A stretch of DNA of 64,000 bases from Candidatus Bathyarchaeota archaeon. Its GTDB lineage: Archaea > Thermoproteota > Bathyarchaeia > Bathyarchaeales > Bathycorpusculaceae. The notes below the pieces were generated by a model, which did not search any database, was not told the origin of the DNA, and was given only the letters and a program-made list of their open reading frames with translations. The position numbers were made by a program, and so were the translations under genes. The DNA is taken from positions 26,517 to 90,516 of the forward strand of contig CAWAKC010000008.1 in NCBI GenBank assembly GCA_963782525.1, given 5' to 3'. Below, piece by piece: positions 58,702 to 64,000 of the stretch (its first letter is position 1; each line of letters opens with the position of its first letter).

Positions 58702-59429
58702 CCACCTGGATGCCATGGAAAATCGCTCGCAAAGAATTAAAAGTGATCAGCAGAAAGAGAAGCATCATCTTCTATACTGTTGGGCTCCCCCTTCTCATCG
58801 CAATTGCTTTCTCAATCGTCATCAAAGATCAAATAGCCTCTGGAATCCCCACGACAATATCGATAGGTGCCGAATCAATCATTTACATCTTCGTTGTTTT
58901 AGCAACTGTTCTCCCCAGCACAATTGCAGCGTACAGTATAGTGGGTGAAAAAGTTGAAAAGACATTGGAACCCTTGCTTGCGACCCCGACAACTGACGGT
59001 GAGATTCTCCTCGGAAAAAGTATCGCATCGTTCATACCGCCCATTCTATCTACTTGGGTAGGTGCATCAATTTTCATGGTCGCAACGGACTACATATTAT
59101 ACAATGGGGGGTTAGGCTACTATTATTTTCCCAACTGGAACGCAGGCGTTATGTTGTTACTACTCGCTCCTCTTGCAGCAATTCTTAGCATTGAAATAGC
59201 AGTTATTGCATCATCGCGCGTAAACGACGTTCGAGGTGCAAACCAGATCGCGGGCCTCATGTTTATTCCATTCGTTGTTGTCTTTTTTGCAGGAGCTGAA
59301 GGAATTTTTCCTTTCAGTATCGCCAACCTTCTGATCTTCTCTGGCATTGTTTTGATCGCAGACGTAGTTCTATTCTTCTTGAGCAAATCTACTTTCAAAC
59401 GAGAAGAGATACTGACAAAGTGGAAATGA
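58698..59429 (+). CDS. ABC-2 type transporter permease
   Basis: SIVGEK..KTLEPLLATP.T..EILLGK; about 6 TM helices. Confidence 0.9.
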   Translation: MTTWMPWKIARKELKVISRKRSIIFYTVGLPLLIAIAFSIVIKDQIASGIPTTISIGAESIIYIFVVLATVLPSTIAAYSIVGEKVEKTLEPLLATPTTDGEILLGKSIASFIPPILSTWVGASIFMVATDYILYNGGLGYYYFPNWNAGVMLLLLAPLAAILSIEIAVIASSRVNDVRGANQIAGLMFIPFVVVFFAGAEGIFPFSIANLLIFSGIVLIADVVLFFLSKSTFKREEILTKWK

Positions 59430-59440
59430 GGCTTGAATTT

Positions 59441-59459
59441 TGGCGGGTCCGACGGGACT
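59441..59459 (-). other. tRNA 3'-end fragment (att site; tRNA-Arg-like)
   Basis: Reverse complement AGTCCCGTCGGACCCGCCA = end of T-loop, T-stem, acceptor strand, G discriminator, CCA; the rest of the tRNA is absent; about 40 bp from the integrase stop. Confidence 0.7.
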
Positions 59460-59496
59460 AGTATACATATGTGAGAAAAGGTACTAGATGTTTGGG

Positions 59497-60999
59497 TCAT
59501 TCCGTAGCCTCCTTACGGATAATTTGCTTGAGTTGTTCAGCAAGAATCGAGAGCTGATGATTTTGCGTCTGGTCCTGTGCTTCTGTGATGTTGCCTCTAA
59601 ATAGTGCGTCTTTGGATAGGATTTCTTCAGGATTTTGTCCCCATGCTCGTATGATTTCTTTGAGTTGTTCGATGCGGTTTATCTGAGTTTTTGGTCTAAT
59701 CGCGAGCCCTGCTGATGCGTAGAGATTTCTTAAAGTTTCTACGCCTAAGCTCTGGACGTCTTCATAGGTGTTGATTGTATGTCCCATCATGTATTCGACG
59801 ATTTCTGTGTCGATTTTTGCTGTGCTGAGTTGGCTTCTGAAGAATTTTCTTAGGCTATGGGTTCTTACACTGTACATCCAGCTGTTGGGTAGTTTCTCAG
59901 AGATTTTTGTGCTAACGGCTAGGTCGTGGACGATTTTTCTGATCGTTTTCTCGCTGACGCCTAATACTCTGTCTGTTACTTGGCTGTTTCGGATTAGTGG
60001 GGATTCGTCTGTTAGTTCTTCTGGCGGCATTGATCTTCCGCCTCGTTGTCTGTCTTGGATGTATAGTTTTAGAAGTTGGCATGCTTCTGTGTTTATGAAT
60101 GTGTCGTAATCGTGGTATTTGCCCTTGGTTATCTGAGCTTCGACGTGGATATGGATGGGTGTGCGATTGGCTTCTAGATCTTCTCTGACGTGTCGGTACT
60201 TGAGTTTTGCAAATGTTCCTTCTCGGAAGGCGCCTGAGGCGAGAGCTGCGACGATGAAGGCTTCCCGTACTGCGGCTTTGTCTAGCATCTTAGAGATTTC
60301 TTCAGGTTTTGGCGCTCGGTCTTTGTATGTTACCTTGCGGCTAAGCGGGTCGTCGAGTTCAACTTTTTTAACGCCGTTAGTGCGGTAGAAGGTTTTTACT
60401 GATTTGATGTAGTTACTGACTGCACCTGAGCTTAGATCGGAGTCTTGGAGGTAGGCTAGGTAATCGCTTAAGAATTCGCAGTGACTCTGAACTTTTATAG
60501 GGTCGGGGATTGCGCCGACGGGTTTGACATCTTGGATGATTACGTCAGGGTTGTGACCTAACCATTCAGCGTATTTTCTGACTTTGGTAGCATACATTAG
60601 GCAACTGTCTTGTGATGCTGAGCAGTGTCGTAGAAAGTGGCGTGCCATCTTTAGCATGCTTTTGTATTCAAAGATGTATGGGATTATGCTTGAGCGATCG
60701 TTTAGGCATGAGCGTATGATGTAGTCTACGAGTCCTTTTTCTTGGGCAGCTAAGATTTTGCTGAGTTGTATAGTGATAGGTTTTCTGAGTTTCCAGCCGT
60801 CTATGCTTCTTTCGATGGTGATATTATCGCCTTGGAATATTAGCGGTAGGTTGAGGGTTTTTAGTTCTTCAGTTGAGAGATTGCGGTTGCGGGTTATAGC
60901 GGAGGCTAAAGGTGCTGTGCGCTGTATCAATCTAGTTTTCTCCTTTGGAGCTTTTTGCTCTGTGAGTTTTTCGCTCCGATGGTCGGAACGCGAACTCAC
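59497..60999 (-). CDS. int: Tyrosine recombinase / integrase of element 2
   Basis: GAFREGT, TKGK, THSLRKFF, MMGH, TY catalytic set. Confidence 0.92.
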   Translation of the reverse strand: MSSRSDHRSEKLTEQKAPKEKTRLIQRTAPLASAITRNRNLSTEELKTLNLPLIFQGDNITIERSIDGWKLRKPITIQLSKILAAQEKGLVDYIIRSCLNDRSSIIPYIFEYKSMLKMARHFLRHCSASQDSCLMYATKVRKYAEWLGHNPDVIIQDVKPVGAIPDPIKVQSHCEFLSDYLAYLQDSDLSSGAVSNYIKSVKTFYRTNGVKKVELDDPLSRKVTYKDRAPKPEEISKMLDKAAVREAFIVAALASGAFREGTFAKLKYRHVREDLEANRTPIHIHVEAQITKGKYHDYDTFINTEACQLLKLYIQDRQRGGRSMPPEELTDESPLIRNSQVTDRVLGVSEKTIRKIVHDLAVSTKISEKLPNSWMYSVRTHSLRKFFRSQLSTAKIDTEIVEYMMGHTINTYEDVQSLGVETLRNLYASAGLAIRPKTQINRIEQLKEIIRAWGQNPEEILSKDALFRGNITEAQDQTQNHQLSILAEQLKQIIRKEATE

Positions 61000-61419
61000 T
61001 ATCTTGTAAAGGCTGTTTGCGATTTAAAGACCAGTTTGAAGTTTTTTGTAATGGAAGCGGACAGATTTTCAACCGTTGTAGTTCCAAAATATCGGTTTTT
61101 AGCAAGACTACGCCTGAGGCTTTAGGGTCACCACCATGAAGAGTAGGTGGATCTGCGTCTCTATCCCAAGTTACAATCACATAGAGTTCGCAATCGTACA
61201 CCAGCCAACCAACAGCTTCTCTTGTTTGAGGTTGCATCACTAAAGCAGAACTACGATTAAATAAGACGTGGTCTCGATAGCGAACAAAAATTAACTGCAG
61301 AAGTGGATTTAGGGGGTTGGCGCCGGCAGAGCCTTGGGCAGACTCTGACTTACAAGATTTGGAACCGACTTTAGTGCCAAATAGAATTCTGGAGAAGGTT
61401 TCGATGTAAGCTCAGCCAT
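60932..61419 (-). CDS. Hypothetical protein upstream of the integrase (probably starts at ATG 61419 with a frameshift in the C5 run near 61312)
   Basis: GGAGG RBS before ATG 61419; frame ...LIFVRYRDHVLF...REAVGWL...KASGVVLL. Confidence 0.5.
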
Positions 61420-61432
61420 TCCCTCCACCTCT

Positions 61433-61585
61433 TTAGCACTCAAGCTTGAAAGAAATCTGTTCAGCTTGCAGGACAATCGATAGTATTTTTTCAGCGTAAG
61501 CAACAGTACGCGGATTACTTTTTCGCTCAAGCTCAATAAGTAAGCGTTTGATTTCGCTCACTTGAGGGTCAGTTAGAATTCTCAT
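61433..61585 (-). CDS. Small hypothetical protein (50 aa, not in ORF track)
   Basis: MRILTDPQVSEIKRLLIELERK...FKLEC*. Confidence 0.45.
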   Translation of the reverse strand: MRILTDPQVSEIKRLLIELERKSNPRTVAYAEKILSIVLQAEQISFKLEC

Positions 61586-61608
61586 GGTTTTTCCTTGCTG
61601 GCAACACT

Positions 61609-61749
61609 TTACTTGAAGAATTGGTCGTCACGCATGTTTTCACTGATTTGGATATAACGACGTCTCTTGCAGAAATCCAAGATCTTTATCAAGAGCGGAT
61701 CGTCGCCCTTATCAAACTCTTTCTTAAAGCCAATCCTGCCCGTTTGCAC
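61609..61749 (-). CDS. Small hypothetical protein (46 aa, not in ORF track)
   Basis: GTG start; MQTGRIGFKKEFDKGDDPLLIKILDFC...FFK*. Confidence 0.4.
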   Translation of the reverse strand: MQTGRIGFKKEFDKGDDPLLIKILDFCKRRRYIQISENMRDDQFFK

Positions 61750-61882
61750 CCTAATTTCAATGATTCAATCGTTGCTAAGGAGTTGATAAAACCCTAATTT
61801 TTCCCCACTCTACATATCCTAGGACAAAACAAGGTGTGTTTTAGAAAAAATGGGAGATTGCCAAACAATTCATCTTTTCCAT

Positions 61883-62878
61883 TCAGATTATTATTGTAAT
61901 TACTGCAAGGACAACTATGAGTGCAGGTAGGATTTTTTGAGCTTTTTTGTTGTACGCTTTAGCTTGGTCTTTTCTATCTGAGCGCATAAGCTTCATCAGA
62001 TAAACAGATGAGCCTATGTTGAAAAGAAAGAGAATATAAACTGAAATCATCATTCGATCCGCGAAAGTTAAGTATCCAGTAGGAGGAATACCGCTGACCA
62101 ATGACAGATGAAAAGCTGTTGCCGATAACAATGTGGTGATTCCCAGAGCCATTTTTTGGGCGAAGTCTTCAGCTGCCAAAACAAAAGCGAGCAAGCTGAT
62201 AGCCGTTATGATAGAGATGGGTAAAACGCTTTTGATAAAACCAGAAATTGTTGGTCTGCTGAGGCTAACGGTAAAGATTGGACGGCTGAATGTTTGATCG
62301 CCATATGAGTGAGCTGTAACTTGGGTTTGGAGACTTCCCAGATTCCATCCCGCAACGTTTGCCGCAGATTCCATGTATGAAGCCGGATCTATATCGTAAG
62401 TTAGTTGGTCGCTGGAGAGGGTTGTGTGTTCAAGCTCAACAGTTAGTGCGTGAGTTTCGAAAGGGTACATTGAGAAGTCAAAGGTTTTGATAAAGTCACC
62501 TGTCACACGATACTCCAAGTAAGAATCGTTACTATCTATCTGTTTTATAGTAGGCTGGCCGTTTACAAATTCAAATTGTTTTACTATGTCAGCGCTTATT
62601 TGGCTTGGGTTGAAGCTGAACCATAAGTAAAAGTCCAGTCGATAGCTGCTTGCAGATAAGTCTATCTTTTGGATATTAATTAGCCATATTCCAACCTGAA
62701 CATGCGTTGGAGTTGCAGACTGGCTTGTTGTTTCTTGTGCATAAGCGACTGTTATCAGCATAGCAGATGATGCTGTGAAAATCAAGAAAAGAGTAACTAA
62801 TGTGAATGTTTTGTTCATGCCTGCTGACCTTCCAGATTTCATGATCTTTTTCATAAGACAACTATTTAAAAGTGACAT
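61883..62878 (-). CDS. Pentameric ligand-gated ion channel (GLIC/ELIC-like); likely start 62818
   Basis: Signal peptide, V.VGIW..NI..ID...Y..DFYLW, Pro-loop FSMYPFETH, GW, RP, four TM helices with P.TGYLTFAD. Confidence 0.8.
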   Translation of the reverse strand: MSLLNSCLMKKIMKSGRSAGMNKTFTLVTLFLIFTASSAMLITVAYAQETTSQSATPTHVQVGIWLINIQKIDLSASSYRLDFYLWFSFNPSQISADIVKQFEFVNGQPTIKQIDSNDSYLEYRVTGDFIKTFDFSMYPFETHALTVELEHTTLSSDQLTYDIDPASYMESAANVAGWNLGSLQTQVTAHSYGDQTFSRPIFTVSLSRPTISGFIKSVLPISIITAISLLAFVLAAEDFAQKMALGITTLLSATAFHLSLVSGIPPTGYLTFADRMMISVYILFLFNIGSSVYLMKLMRSDRKDQAKAYNKKAQKILPALIVVLAVITIII

Positions 62879-63076
62879 ACGTAGAATTCATAAAAAAATC
62901 AACTTTAATTATTGGGTTAATTTGTTTTGAAATTATTGTAAAGTTGATTATTCGTTGAAAACAAATAGTCTATAACAAAAAACAAAAATTCAGGTTAGTG
63001 TCTGTTTAGTGGGGTAGCCATAAACCTAATCACGATAATAACTAATTTATACACCTACTTTAAAAAGTAATCCAGC

Positions 63077-63265
63077 ATGAGCCTCACCCAAAGAGAACGT
63101 ATAATACTCCAACTAGAAACCAAAGGCCTGAGCGACTACAAAATCGCGCGCAAAATCAACACCGATCCACCCTCAATAACGCGCAGCCGACAAAACGCCC
63201 ACAAAAAACTCAAACAAGCCAAAACAGACCTACAATACGCCAACCAAATAGGCATACCAAGATAA
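63077..63265 (+). CDS. LuxR/sigma-70 region 4-like HTH protein
   Basis: LTQRER.IL.L...GLSDYKIARK.......I..SRQNA.KKL. Confidence 0.7.
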   Translation: MSLTQRERIILQLETKGLSDYKIARKINTDPPSITRSRQNAHKKLKQAKTDLQYANQIGIPR

Positions 63266-64000
63266 ACTAAATTTATTCCCTGATTGCGAGTAAGATTCCC
63301 TTAATTTTTTAAGGGAAACACCCAGTAAGCATAGCCCTCTCAAATCGCATATTAGATAAAATAGATAAAGAAGCCTCAAAACAAAAAAGGTCAAGAAGTG
63401 AATATATAGAACTATTCTTCGAAGGCGCTCTTTTTGCTTCAACAAACTAGGATAGGCAATTAGTCCTTCCTTAAGAATTTCTAAGAAAACTTGATTTCTG
63501 TAAAAAGACGTCCGACTTGATAATAACCCGCGATACACCGTTTCCGCAAGTAGCCTATCGTGAAAACTGTATTTTAGAAACAGATTATTGGCATCACGCC
63601 TACGATAACGTTTTGCTTCTTTTCTGGACTGCGAAAATAACAGTCACAAGTGTTTTTATTTTTGTTATGATGAGTGCCTTTAGTTAGGTGAAGGTTAATG
63701 GATTATCACAATGAGAAATCCAGTAATCTGGCAAAGAATTTTAATAAAGTTGAAAGAAAATGTTTGAGTCAACAGCTTGTTTCTGTTTCATTGAAAACGT
63801 TACACTCGAAGATAGGCACAAAAAGCAATTAACCAATATTCATAACTCGATACGAGTAGAGTCACTTAACAAAGACCACTTATGAAGTTGAATGCAACAA
63901 ATAATAACTATCTTTGTTTAATGAAAACAGGCATAACCAGCTTCCATGTTGCTTCGCTTCATTACCGTTAAATTGTCTTATAAAGAATATGCTTTGAAAT

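Larger units (their letters stand above)
59441..64000. mobile_element. tRNA-targeted integrated element (right end not identified in the window)
   Basis: tRNA 3' fragment, adjacent integrase, small unknown ORFs and accessory cargo. Confidence 0.65.

Noticed and set aside
59441-59520. Complete tRNA gene
   Set aside because: Only the last 19 nt match; no D arm, anticodon arm or 5' acceptor strand.
61309-61536. 75-aa ORF from the track
   Set aside because: Better explained by a 50-aa ATG ORF (61433-61585) plus the RBS-preceded start at 61419.
62909-62940. ATTGGGTTAA resembling the element-1 arm
   Set aside because: No partner arm or matching spacer; AT-rich promoter region where a chance match is likely.
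63006-63020. Similarity to CTACCCC.CTAA at ~2805 as transposon ends
   Set aside because: Short, imperfect, 60 kb apart, and no transposase present.
63230-64000. Coding gene on the minus strand
   Set aside because: Multiple stops and frame changes; at best an unidentifiable pseudogene remnant.

Overview
Archaeal chromosomal segment. The gene content (RadA, Dpo4, single-OB SSB, archaeal Rqc2, HMG-CoA synthase, bacterial-type UvrABC, long tyrosine integrases) suggests a Bathyarchaeia-like TACK archaeon; this is an inference. The backbone carries housekeeping, DNA-repair, glycosylation and transport genes. Two integrated elements interrupt it. (1) A ~12.1 kb element (24262-36364) is bounded by a 9-bp direct repeat TAAGTAAGA, and its reconstructed circle junction is an 11-6-11 dif/Xer-like site. 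It encodes a tyrosine integrase, an MCM-like helicase, an iteron-like GCTATAG array, a second Zn-ribbon tyrosine recombinase, small membrane proteins, and candidate defence genes (Zn-ribbon-HEPN; wHTH-HEPN + DUF5343-like). (2) A second element starts at a tRNA 3'-end fragment (59441-59459) and carries a second integrase and a GLIC/ELIC-like pentameric ligand-gated ion channel; it probably runs off the right edge. Other oddities are a truncated CysRS paralogue with an altered Zn site, a thiolase lacking its catalytic residues next to a DUF35-HMG-CoA synthase fusion, an orphan HEPN gene with a palindromic leader, and several single-base frameshifts. No CRISPR array, rRNA or complete tRNA was seen. 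All family calls come from motif recognition by eye, not from database searches.
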